64,000 nucleotides of DNA from Batkoa obscura (Eukaryota). Both the position numbers and the translations under genes were made by a program. Shown piece after piece: positions 51,337-63,141 of the stretch. The notes beneath the pieces are model-generated. The model had not been told where the DNA came from, did no database searches, and saw only the letters and a program-made list of their open reading frames with translations. Each line of letters starts with the position of its first letter. The stretch's first letter is position 1. The DNA lies in NCBI GenBank assembly GCA_030770535.1, contig JASVEC010000021.1, positions 496,001 to 560,000 of the forward strand. Reading direction: 5' to 3'.

Positions 51337-52323
51337 GGTTAGTTTTTTTATACAATGTCCCAAAATTAAAACAATTTAGTATAAGATTTTTTTGACATTA
51401 CAGTCAACCTAAAAACATTGTTTATTTAATCACTGATTTTATTTTGTTAAAATGTATATTGTGAGTTTGATTATAATTCAAATGGAATTTGTCCTTAATG
51501 AAACATTTTTATATATACTTTTCCCAAGTAAACATGAATTTTTCAATAAAGACGTTGAGCCAAACTTATAAATCTATATAGTCTATATGATATACTCTTC
51601 TTTGATTTTTTAAGTATTTTTAGGGTCTTGTTTTCTAATATAATCACTTATATAATTACTGATTATTGTATCTGTATAGTTTATTATTATCGTATTTTGT
51701 TATGATTACTTTAATCGCTTGTGTGTAAATCATCTAACATTCATAAAAAAATCCAATTTAGTTCCACTTAATTCAGTGTAATTATAAATTATTGATTTTA
51801 TTGCTAATATAACAAACTTTGAACAATTGTAACTAATATAATTCAAAAATTAATCAAACTTATATTATGCTGCTTTTTTTATACTTATATCATTAATATA
51901 ATAAACAAAATCAAGTTTAAAAATATATGCTATCTTTTATCAAAACAAGAATAGCTACTGCACCTGAGAGGTATATTTTAATTATGAGAATTTAAAAGAT
52001 CAATATTAAACTTCAAAATAAAAAAGTACTGCAGCAGTCATTTTAGTTTAGATCTAATGCTCCCGCAACGTTAACTAAATGTAACTTGTAATTGTCGTTT
52101 TAAAATTCTTGTGAATTAGCCCTAGTAATTTATTAGTCAAAATAAAAATTGATAATGTAAATAAAAAGGCCTTGAATAGACTGGTCCAAGGGAACGCTTA
52201 GAAAAGAGTTTTTGGACAATTTTATTTACCTATTTTCATATTTTATAATTTGACTAAAATGGACATTGTAATTTGTTTTGAGTATTGATTAAATACTGCA
52301 TATTTTACATCCTTATAAGTAAG

Positions 52324-52572
52324 GTGTATTTATACTAGAGTTTTTTACAAGGTTTCAAAATCGAATAAAAATACAACTATAACAAATAAAAAAAATTCGG
52401 TGCAAATGTTTGTTTAGCAACATTTAATCTGTGAAACAAACAATTTCTATAAATTGCTCTTCAACATAAAGCTACTGACATAATAAATATTTACATCGAA
52501 TTTTTTTAATTTGTTATAGCTGTATTTTTATTCAATTTTGAAACCTTATAAAAAACTCCAGCATAAATATAC
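52324..52572. repeat. Foldback (~90-bp arms, ~250 bp total) just upstream of the Siz gene; probable second MITE family
   Basis: GTGTATTTATACTAGAGTTTTTTACAAGGTTTCAAAATCGAATAAAAATACAACTATAACAAAT...TTCGGTGCAAATGTTT pairs with AAATATTTACATCGAA...ATTTGTTATAGCTGTATTTTTATTCAATTTTGAAACCTTATAAAAAACTCCAGCATAAATATAC. Confidence 0.85.
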
Positions 52573-52691
52573 TTATATCAATTTATCTATTTTCATTTGT
52601 CTTATGATTTAAACAAAAATTAAATTTATTAACTAAGGATTAAAATCTTTTGAATTGTTTTGTTATAAAATTCAATTGAAAAAGGAACGAG

Positions 52692-55195
52692 ATGACTAGA
52701 TTAACCAAATTCCAGAAAATACAGCTGATAAAAGTAAATATAGTCTAAAAACAAGAGTCAATATTCATCTTTGATATAGGAAATGGAAAGAACTATACCG
52801 GTGTACTTAGTTGTTAATTTAAAAAATGTGATAAGGGAAATAAATTCGAATTATAGTACAAGTTTTCTTTCAACGGGATTAAAAAAAGAGCTTGTAGAAA
52901 GGATTCTTGAGTACTATAGAAGCTTCGTAGAGACCGAACCTCACGCCAGTGTTATGGAATTAAGGAAAATAATTAAAGATCAAGGTCCTAATGTGTAAGT
53001 TTAGAATTGTTTTTTAGTATTTAATAATTATTTTAAAATAGGAATCCTCCTATCAATTACCAACACAATACTCTACCAAGCGTAAACAATGGAGCTCAAC
53101 AACCCATAAGACCACAATATCAAAGCTATTTAAACCCTTCGATGAAAATTACATCTAAACCAAGCCCAATTAATGGTAAGATATAGCTGAGTATATTGTT
53201 AATAGCTAATTTTCTTTTAGTTTTTAGACTAAGCCCTTCGCAGCTTAATTCATTTAAAAATACTGTATTTTATTCTTTAATAAATCCAATTGATCCTCAT
53301 ACATTTTGTCCTAGTAAGTAATTAGCTAAAAATGAGATTCAAGTACTAATGGATTTACTTTTAAAGGTAATAGTGATAGACATTCTGTCGTTTTTCAAAT
53401 CAAGCTTAATGATGAGATAATCAAATTTTTATCGTAAGTATCTATAAGTTCAAGAAATATATTGTTTATTCCGATTATAGAACTCCTGGAGATAATTACA
53501 AACCTGGGATAAAGCTTTTATGTGCTCAAGTTTCTGATTTCTCCCCTATGACACAAACATCCAATTGTACAAAAGTCAGCCTAAAGTATCCTCATGTATC
53601 TGAGCTTTATGTAAATGGAACCAAGATTGCTTCAGTAATATTTAATTAACAAGTCTCATAATTACTTTGACCTTTATAGAATATTAGAGGTAAAAAAAAC
53701 AAAGCAGATTCTGTACGGGCTCCAGATTTAAATCCATACCTTAAATTGGTATCTGGATTCGGAAACCATGTTGAGTTAATTTACATGAATTTGTCTGAGG
53801 TTTTTCCATTTAATATTATAGAAAATAGTCTAACAATAGTAGTCTTTGGTAATGGTACCGTTTTTGGTAAAAAATATTAACATCGATTCAATTATCAAAA
53901 ACATAGTAGAAAAAAAATCAATGAGTAAAGAAAAGGTTTTCCAACAATGTAAGGTGATAATAAAATTTATATAGCTATTACTAATTGCTAAAGTGTTTAA
54001 TAAAAAAGAAGATGACATTGAAGTAACGGTCGAACTCTCACTTAGATGTCCGGTAATTAAGAATACCAAATAACTTAGAAATCAATTTAATAGATAAAAG
54101 CTTTTGTTTAATAGAATCAAAGAACCATTCCGTTCCAAAAATTGTGTCCATGCCCAGTGCTTTGATGCCTATAACTTCCTAGAAATGAATGAACAGATGG
54201 AAACATGGGAATGTCCAGTTTGCCAAAAATATATAAATCCCTGGGAAGATTTCATTAGAGACAATTTTTTCATGGAGATATTGCAAAACACTCCGGAAGA
54301 TGCTGAAAGCGTTTTCTTGGAGCCTAGCGGTGCTTGGTCTTTAAAAACAGATAAGAAATCGGAAGAAAAAAGGACATCTTCAAAGGCCCTACTAGAAGAG
54401 ATTACTGTTGAAAAAAAAGCTTACATTGAAGAAGTAGACTTGTTATCGTCATCTGACCCTTCATGTAGTGGACGTGATATTGAAAACAACCAAACTAATA
54501 GCCTGGTTCTACCTGGAGAATTCCCGGCTCCTGAAAATAATCCAGCCGACACAATAATTGATCTTACCTTAAGTGATGATGAAACAGGCCATGACCCTCC
54601 TTCAGTTAACGGTGGTCAAAGTAATACCCCGAGTAAGGTAAACGCACACGAGGAAAATGTAGCTCAGGAAGTTGGTACATCTAATATTTTAAAAAATGAT
54701 ACACCTTCTAAAATTCCTAGGAGGGCAACAACGCCAGAGCTTTTTTCAAATTCTTACGTTAATGTCCCAGGGGATTCGTTCAGCACTGTTGAACAGGGTC
54801 TCCAAACAAGTGTAAACCAAAATGCGAGTACACTACAAACAGCCACACGGCAGCTCTACCCACAAAACACCCCAAACACCTATAACGTACCCAATAATGG
54901 TTTTAGTACTTATTATACTCCCAACATTCAGTACCAATTACAACCAAGGCCCAATTATATGAAATATAGTAATCACAATACATATACCCCGCATCAATCA
55001 AGTGGTTACAATGGTAACTATACCATGGCACCAATACAAAGTAGGTATACTAGGATCATACCGACTGCAGCTCCTCTTATCAATCAATATGTAAAGAATA
55101 AAGAAACATTCTATAATGATCGTCCTCCCCAAAACTCTACTTATCCACCACAGCCTCCAAGCTCTAATCCATATACAGCAACCAGGGACCTTTAA
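52692..55195 (+). CDS. Siz/PIAS-family SP-RING SUMO E3 ligase (about 9 exons; internal boundaries not all resolved)
   Basis: SAP-like LVVNLKNVIR..STGLKKELVERI; PINIT-region LKYPHVSELYVNG and NIRGKKNKADSVRAPDLNPYL; SP-RING LSLRCP..RIKEPFRSKNCVHAQCFDA..TWECPVC; SIM-like TIIDLTLSDDE. Confidence 0.88.
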
Positions 55196-55527
55196 TTTGA
55201 CATCTAATAATTATTTACTTAAGTCTTTTATTCCAATATCTTGAACTTTATTCTAATCAAAAGTAAAATATGCACTTTATAGATTTATACTGTATAGTTT
55301 TTTCGCTTTATTAATATTTCTAAAATTAATTTTAAATAATCAATGCATTCACTGTAAACTTATACCTGATATTATTTCTTGATGCCTAAAAAAAATAAAA
55401 CACCTCGATTGTTTAAACTATACTCTTTACAGTTCATATTGTATACTGTACAATAAGAAGCAAAGGTACTTTAAATAGCATGTTAAAATTTAGTCTTCAC
55501 AAATTTTTATATTTTAAAATAAGTTAT

Positions 55528-55626
55528 GGGAGTGTTTTTTTTGGCTTCATTACTTTTCCCATCTTTTAAGCACTATTTGAGCAGAAAATTTGTTAGTTAA
55601 ATTCTTAAATACAAAAATATATCCCC
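55528..55626 (-). mobile_element. MITE-A copy
   Basis: GGGAGTGT...ATATCCCC; TSD TTAT/TTAT. Confidence 0.9.
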
Positions 55627-55810
55627 TTATTTTTAATAATAGTTAAAAATAACCAAAAGTTACAAAAACAAGTTAGTCTTTTTATTTAATACAAGTTCTA
55701 AATTTTGTTAAATAAAGTTTATTATAGTATAATATTCATTATAATATTTGAAATTTAAATTTTCATGTAAAACATATTGATATTGAACATTAAATCAAAT
55801 ATAAACAGTT

Positions 55811-55909
55811 GGGGATGTATTTTTGTATTTAAGAATTTAACTAATAATCTTTTCACTCAAACAATGCTTGAAAAATGGAAAAAGTGATGAAATCAAAAAA
55901 AACATCCTC
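55811..55909 (+). mobile_element. MITE-A copy
   Basis: GGGGATGT...ACATCCTC; TSD AGTT/AGTT. Confidence 0.92.
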
Positions 55910-56089
55910 AGTTAATAGTTTAATTGGATTTTAAAACCATCAGTTAAAAAAATTGCACTAATAATTATTAAAGATACAATAGTATCAGTAATCCCAAAAT
56001 CCATTTTCTTAATTTTTTATCAAAAACAAAAACAAATAGCTATAAACACAGACATATAACATGTTCAGAAGATTGTAATAAAAGATAAG

Positions 56090-56293
56090 AAGATGTTTAA
56101 GAATTTTACTAGCAATCTTTCCACTTAAATAGCCCTTGAAAATGGAAAAAGTGATGAAAACAAAAAACAAAAAAATAAAAAATGCATTTTCATATGGGGA
56201 TGTTTTTTTCTGTTTAAGAATTTCACTAACAATTTTTTCACTTAAATAGTGTTTAAAAAAATGGAAAAATAATGAAATCAAAAAAACATCCCC
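56090..56293 (+). mobile_element. Two head-to-tail MITE-A copies (56090-56191 decayed; 56196-56293 intact) sharing one ATAT
   Basis: ...GCATTTTC-ATAT-GGGGATGT...ACATCCCC-ATAT. Confidence 0.85.
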
Positions 56294-56340
56294 ATATGTA
56301 GATCTAAAAAATCTTTGTTTGAAAATAACTTTCATATAAT

Positions 56341-56434
56341 GGGAGTGTTTTTTTTAGTTCCATTATTTTTTCCATTTTTTAAGCGCTATTTGGGTCGAAA
56401 GATTGTTAGTAAAATTCTCAAAAAATATATCTCC
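56341..56434 (-). mobile_element. MITE-A copy
   Basis: GGGAGTGT...ATATCTCC; TSD TAAT/TAAT. Confidence 0.9.
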
Positions 56435-57450
56435 TAATGTTAGTTAATGGGAATATCTTTTCTATCTCACTCTGTCCGCTTTTTAAGGTTGAAATTTCGA
56501 AATTATAATTAAATCTCTAAACAAAAATAAGACTATTTAACCTTTTTTTTTTTATTAGTATCATTGTAGTGATGAAATTTTGCTTTGAGCTTTTATAAAA
56601 GAATTTGCTCAAAGAACCCTTAATATGAGCTTAAAGTTGTTGTTTTCTTATTTCAAAATAAGTTTTACTACCAATCGTGAATTATACAAATGAGTTTAAA
56701 AAACGAGGGTAAAGACTTGGAAGAAAATGAATTTATTAATATTTACAATGGTACATTCAAAATTTCCAATTATTCTTCCTCTTTAAATTTTAGTTATTGT
56801 TTGTCCTGTTCCTCATAAAACTAAGTTTATTGCATCTTAACACAATATCATCAAAAATCATTGGCTGGAGAACAAAAGCAAAGTCACTACAATATTTTTA
56901 GGTACTTATAACTACCTTTTAAAAATAAATTAATCCGAATGTACAATTTGAAGTGTTTAGCTTTATAAAGCAGCAAAATTCTTCAGCCTTGTTATTACAT
57001 TATATTCAAAAAATTATATAAAACACTATTAATAAAATAGCAAAGGTTTAGTTTGAGTTATTTTAAGACTTACAGAATATTAAGTCAAATACAATTTAAT
57101 ACAAAAAACCTACATTTAAAAGTCAGCATCCTTTCATTTAATTACCACCTTTTAGACCACTAAGATTTTACAATTTAAGTTTTTGAATTCTATTCTAGAA
57201 TAGGAATGGACTAAATTAGAAAATGTGATTGGTCAAAACAACCTAAATGGAAATAGTAATAATCAGTTCCAATAGTTACCATTTTTAGGGATAAGCTTTA
57301 AGGTTTAAAGTATAGTTAATCAAATTAGAAATACCAATTTAAGCACAACAATTAAACCTTTGCCTAAATTGAATAAGCTAGGATAATTTAATTAAAACAC
57401 TCCAGCATGATAGTAGCTTACCTTCCATCAATATACCTTATAAAGTATAT

Positions 57451-57543
57451 GGAGATGTACTTTTTTGTTTAAGAATTTTACTAACAATTTTTTCACTTAA
57501 ATAGTGCTTAAAAATGGAAAAAATGAAGCCAAAAAATACCACC
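57451..57543 (+). mobile_element. MITE-A copy
   Basis: GGAGATGT...TACCACC; TSD ATAT. Confidence 0.85.
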
Positions 57544-58222
57544 ATATATAAACAACTATTATCATTATTAATAAATAGGAGGTTAGGAACCATTTAAATA
57601 ATATAATGTTACATTATTTCATTCCTATTAAATAAATTGAATTTAAAACCCTAACCAGTATTTCATGAAAACTGACTCATTTCAAAAATAACAATCAGGT
57701 TTCTTTGAATATCACGTTTATGATTTTAAAAAGTAAACTTTATTTGTATTAATCATGAAGTGTACCCTATTCCGCTTTAAAAATCTATATTAATTTAATA
57801 CAAATATGGCGTTTGATAGTTTCTAAAAAACTCAAATGTTAAATCACTTTATTAAATTTAAAATTGCGAACTATAATTCCTATCACTCTTAGATTGATCA
57901 ATATTAAACTATTATAGCTATTTGCGCCAAAATATGATAAACATTAATTTTATACATAGGTTGACTTCGATTTATAACACTCATTTATAAATAGTTTGAA
58001 TAGTCTAAATAATTTTGGTTATATGTCTTTTGTTATATCATGTTAGCTGATATTTATTTTACAAAAGTTTAAAAAGTTTGGTTTGATGTTATCTATCCTT
58101 AGTTTTCCAAGTTAAGTACTAAGCAGCGGTATGTATTTACTTTTCCACAACTTTAATTAAAATTCCTATTTATAAACAAATATACCTTATAAATTAATAG
58201 ATATAATAAATAAACTATGTCA

Positions 58223-58317
58223 CTTTCAAAAAGGGTATATTCCTTATTATTGCTTTCAAAAAGGGTATATTCCTTATTATTGCTTTCAAAAGGGTAAATC
58301 CCTTATTATTGCTTTCA
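58223..58317. repeat. 30-bp minisatellite, 3 units plus a partial unit
   Basis: CTTTCAAAAAGGGTATATTCCTTATTATTG x2 exact, third unit slightly diverged; no spacers. Confidence 0.92.
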
Positions 58318-59051
58318 TAAAACATTATGAAAGTATGCCTTATTTCATCATTAGGTTACATGTTATCCATAATGAATTATAATCCTTATATTTAACATAT
58401 TTTCAAAAACTTCATACCCTTTAAATACAAATATATAATATTTCAAGTTAATATTATTATCAATAAATAAAATTTTGTTTAAAAAGTTTTAATAACCAAA
58501 TTTCAGATCAATTATATGTATTAAGGTGTTTACTCTCATATTTCTTTTGTTCTATAATAGACCTTCAATGAAAAAATTATAGGTTTTATTAGTCGAAATA
58601 ACTAGGTATTTATATTTTAGAAATATAAGGATGAGTTTTTAAAATAACTATATAAGTATTCTAGAACTAGTATCTAGTCCATTATCGCTCATTCATATAA
58701 ACCATATTAGTAAAGCTAATGACACTAGTTAAAGTATTCATATGATTTAAGAAATAAGGGAGTACCGTTTGTAATGTTCTATTTATCAATTTTCTATTTT
58801 TAAACTATATTAGGTCTTCATGTTATTATTATTATTATTATTAAATATACTATGAGTACATTAAAAACTAGTACATAAATCAGAATTTTTCATTCTTTGT
58901 TCATTGGTTTTATCCCTGAAATTACCAATATTTTGTCAAAACGTATAGCAATTTACTTTCGTTTAAGGAAATCATAAGTACATATATAAAGGTATTAAAC
59001 AAAAAATTTAAAGATCAAAAAATTAGTTAACTTTTTGTTAATATCACAAAT

Positions 59052-59859
59052 ATGAAAAGTCCAAAGATCGCACTCTTTGTATTAAAGCTATATGAGTAAA
59101 TTACTTAACTATATTATATCATAGGTATTAATCAGTTATATAGAATGCTTTCTGATGAAAAATACTCTTCATTGTTATCCTGGGGCCCTACGGGAAGAAG
59201 CTTTATGATCCTCAACGTCAGTGAATTTAAAGAAATTCTTAGTTTTCATTTTAAAAGTCGAAATTTGGGCTCATTTTTTCGTCAGCTTAACGTAAAAGAT
59301 TATCTCTACTACATTATTTTTACTAATTAGATTATAGCTTTACAACTTTTATCGCATCAGCGATGGACGGAGGAAAGAGTGTAAAAAGCTCTCTTATGCT
59401 CAATTTTCTCATGAATATTTTATAAAAGACCAACCTGATTTGCTTTTCAAAGTAAAAAGGCAAAAAGTGAAACACTCTAATTTAATAAAAGCGCAATTAA
59501 CGACCCAATCTATTACATCTAAAATTTCAGCTAAAAGTGAGGAACTAGAACCAAGTTTGGAGATTGAAGAAATACCTTTTGAAGCTTGCTTGAAAAGTCA
59601 TGATTTAAGTTCTTACTATCAAGACGAGTATAATGCTCAAAACATTGCCTCTCCACCGTTTTACTATATAGATTCCTCTAATAAGGAAGATGAATTCTCC
59701 GATATACAGCCTTACTATGAATATTATAACCCTTTCTACTACCCAATTGAGTACTACAATTCATTATATAATGGGGGTTATTCGCACCCTAGTTCTTATT
59801 ACAACTATCACAACTCCAATGGAAATATCTTATATTATGATTCAACATTCTTTACATAA
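59052..59859 (+). CDS. Miniature HSF-type DNA-binding protein 3 (237 aa); exons 59052-59095, 59144-59291, 59338-59859
   Basis: MKSPKIALFVLKLYEML..LLSWGPTGRSFMI..HFKSRNLGSFFRQLNLYNFYR..QFSHEYFIKDQPDLLFKVKRQK; same two introns and same 148-bp exon 2 as HSF copy 1; Tyr-rich tail; TATATAAA at ~58983. Confidence 0.9.
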
Positions 59860-60759
59860 TTGTAGATCTCTATTCTTCTCATCTTTTGTTGTATTTATAT
59901 GGCTATTTTTTCGTTTTTTAAAATATAAAATAAAGTACTTTTGTTAATAAAACAAATTATGTATTACATCACTTTACAAATAGTCCAAATACAACCCACA
60001 ATGTTATACTATATATATTATTTATATAGAGCAGGTGTTTTGTATGAAGTATTAATATCTCATATTTTAGATATTAAAGACTCAAAAGAAATATAAGGAC
60101 ATCAGAAGGAACTCGAATCAGACACTGTTATAGATCTTTTTTCATGTCTTGTATCATATTTTCCACGAGTTTTTTCCACTTAGATGGTTTGTTATATTCT
60201 AAAGTGCTTATTATATTTAAAACTAACAAAATGCTCAAGCTATTTAAATAGGAGTACTTACATGAAAATTATAAGTCCATCCTTTATAGCTATTGGGATA
60301 ACTACAATATCACTTTAATCAATTGCCTTTAATGGATTTAGAAGTTTGAAAACAAGTGCTTTTAAAGCAATTTTTAGTATTAAAATATAAAGTATGTTAT
60401 TTTACACAGATTTTTTCTAATATAATACATTTTTTAAAATACATAATATATTAAAAAGATACTAGTAAGATTATCTTAACCCTTTGAGTACCAAACATCT
60501 TAAAAAAGTTCAATTGGATTGGAATTTTCGATCTATCGATCTATCTTTCAATTATTGAAGAATGATCTTTATCTTTGCCTAGCCAGGGCTAATTTAACTA
60601 GCAATGTTCACCCTGGCTTTATTTTGATTTAAGATCGTACGTGAGCAACGTTCGCCATAATTTAATTTTTCTATAAAATATAGTGAATATAGCTTCATCC
60701 ACGGTACTCGAGTGGTTAAGCAAAGAAAGTAACAAAGTAGCTATTAAAAATCATTATAT

Positions 60760-60857
60760 GGGGATGTATTTTTTTGTTTAAGAATTTTACCAACGATCTT
60801 TCCACTCAAATAGTGCTTAAAAAATGGAAAAATAATGAAACTAAAAAAAACAGCCTC
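60760..60857 (+). mobile_element. MITE-A copy
   Basis: GGGGATGT...ACAGCCTC; TSD ATAT. Confidence 0.9.
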
Positions 60858-61822
60858 ATATGAATATCAAAAAATTGTCATGGATAAAAATCCGATGACC
60901 AAAGGAATATCAAATAATAGCTTTTTGGGTGATTTGAGAATGAGCTTTGGCAGCGGACAAGGGGTCAACCCTATATTCTATACGTTTTGAGATTTTTTTT
61001 ATTTCATTGAATTTTGAACATTTTTTCATAAACTTTATTATCAGTTTCAAAATAAGGTCGACACCATTGAAAGCTTACAACGCATTTTTTAATCACATAG
61101 CACTTCTGCTGTTAGAGTACTTAGAATAATGGTTAGTTTTAACTCTAGCTACTCTTAGTTATCCCTAGTACTACATCAACAGTTCTAAAACTTACAAGGT
61201 TATTCAAGGGATTTATATTTTCTGCCCTTAGAAAAATTCTAATCTGGAAATAAAAATTGCATATTTCTATTTAAAAAATGGTATTTAGTATAAATGTGTA
61301 TATGATAATATAAAAAAAATTAATTTTAAAAAAGTTTCAATTGTATATAGCTCTATTTTTAGTTAAATCCTCTGTGAAAATAATTTTATAATATTGTTTG
61401 GTTTAAAAATAACTAAAACCTTGATATTGTAAACATGGGTATAACAATTAAACTTTCTCCTATTGGTATATATTTATTAATAAGTAACTTTACAAAATTA
61501 ATAAAAATACTCAACCTTGAAGTTTTCAAACATCAATTATTGTCTTATATAAACTATAAATACATCAAAATTTCATCATTGCTTTTGATTATAACGGGGT
61601 AAAATGTTCAGATCTGGATTTTTTACCATATTTTTACCACCATTCTGCCCTCCCTTACATTAAAATTGAAACCTGTTTAGTTTAGTACATTTTAACAATT
61701 AAAAAATAAAGTGATGAAGCTTATTGAAGTTGAAACCAAAACAAGGAATGTATGTTTAAATAATCATGAACCTTATAACTAATGTTCTAACAAAATCAAG
61801 TTTATTGTTATATTTAACATAC

Positions 61823-61921
61823 GGGAGTGTTTTTTTTGATTTCATTATTTTTTCCATTTTTTAAGCGCTATTTAAGCGGAAAATTTGTTAGTGAAATTTT
61901 TAAACACAAAAACACATCCCC
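61823..61921 (-). mobile_element. MITE-A copy
   Basis: GGGAGTGT...ACATCCCC; flanks ATAC/ATAT. Confidence 0.9.
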
Positions 61922-61960
61922 ATATGTAGTAAAAAATCGGAGCTGATAAGAATGTTAAAT

Positions 61961-62056
61961 AAAGCTATTTTTTGACTTCATCACTTTTTCCATTTTTAAG
62001 CACTATTTGGGTGGAACAACTATTGGTAGAATTTTTAAATAAAAAAATACATCCCC
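61961..62056 (-). mobile_element. MITE-A copy, one TIR decayed
   Basis: ...ACATCCCC end; AAAT on both sides. Confidence 0.8.
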
Positions 62057-63141
62057 AAATATTTTCTTAATATGTAATACTATATTTTTTAAAACGTTAA
62101 TATCTTGAAATTAGTAGTATAGGGCATATATGAAACTGACTTAGGTTTATACTATTGAACTTTGAAGGATTTTGGATAAGCTTCCTTTTTTATAAAGGCT
62201 AATTACATTTACATTGTTGTATATACGTTTAAAATCATCTATATCCTTTATATGATCGTGTATGATATAATGAGCCTTACGATTTGAAACAAGATGGTTA
62301 TTACATTAACTAAGCGTAAACCACAAAAAAAATGAAACCCCCTTACTTATCAATGAATTCATACATTATTCTTTACTTCATATTAGAATTTTATTTATAA
62401 TGAATCTTTAATTTTTTTTAAAACTACAAAAGAACTAGCAATCGGTGGAGCTTAAAATTTTAGTATAAGCTTAAAATTTTAATTTGGATATAACTTTCTT
62501 AAAGTTTGAGGCTTTAAATTTGATAACTGTATTACTGTTAGAAGGGTTGAATCCTTGTAGCGAATGAAGCCAAGTTTATTTAGTCTAATTGACACTTAAA
62601 TAAAAGTCTTAGCGAAGAGGTTGATAATAGTCACTTACTATTACCAGGTCATCTAACTTCCATCAGTATTACTATTTTAAATCCTTTAATCTGGGGTGTA
62701 TTTTTGAAAAAATATAATAAAATTTTAAAGACTATCCTTAGAAACAACACCCGTGTTTGATGATATATCAATAGAAGCGTCTTAACTAGAAGTATCTACT
62801 TTTAGAAATAATGACCCATTTTAAAAATTACTTTATCCTAAGGCAAAACAAAAATCTCAAGATGGATATTTTGAGTTTATCTATGAAAATCACTCTCAAA
62901 AGCAGTAACTTATTATGTTGTGTGGTTAAGTATACTTGTTTCAAAGTAAAAAATGGTATCTATATAGTAAAATAAAGTGCACGTAAGATACTATAATTAG
63001 CTAAAATGTATTGATATGCTTCATTTGATATAAAAATTAAAATCGAAATAAAATACAAAAACATTAATTTAACACAATAAATAGTTAACATTTTTAAATC
63101 TATTCTCATATCATGATTTTATCTTAAAGGGAAATCTATAA

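Noticed and set aside
58223..58317. 30-bp repeats as a CRISPR array
   Set aside because: Units are directly adjacent with no spacers, no cas genes, eukaryotic context; it is a minisatellite
57185..58668. TTCTAGAA sites (~57193, ~58659) as heat-shock elements upstream of HSF copy 3
   Set aside because: Only two nGAAn units in register; expected by chance at this AT content
37084..59859. HSFs, secreted peptide, Nox and Siz as one co-regulated stress or defence cluster
   Set aside because: Only proximity supports it; genes are kb apart in mixed orientation and Nox and Siz are ordinary conserved genes
60704..60720. GTACTCGAGTGGTTAAG resembling a tRNA D-arm
   Set aside because: No anticodon arm or T-arm follows
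62693..62752. Short GGGGTGT...ACACCC element as another MITE-A
   Set aside because: Only the termini resemble it; the interior does not match and there is no TSD
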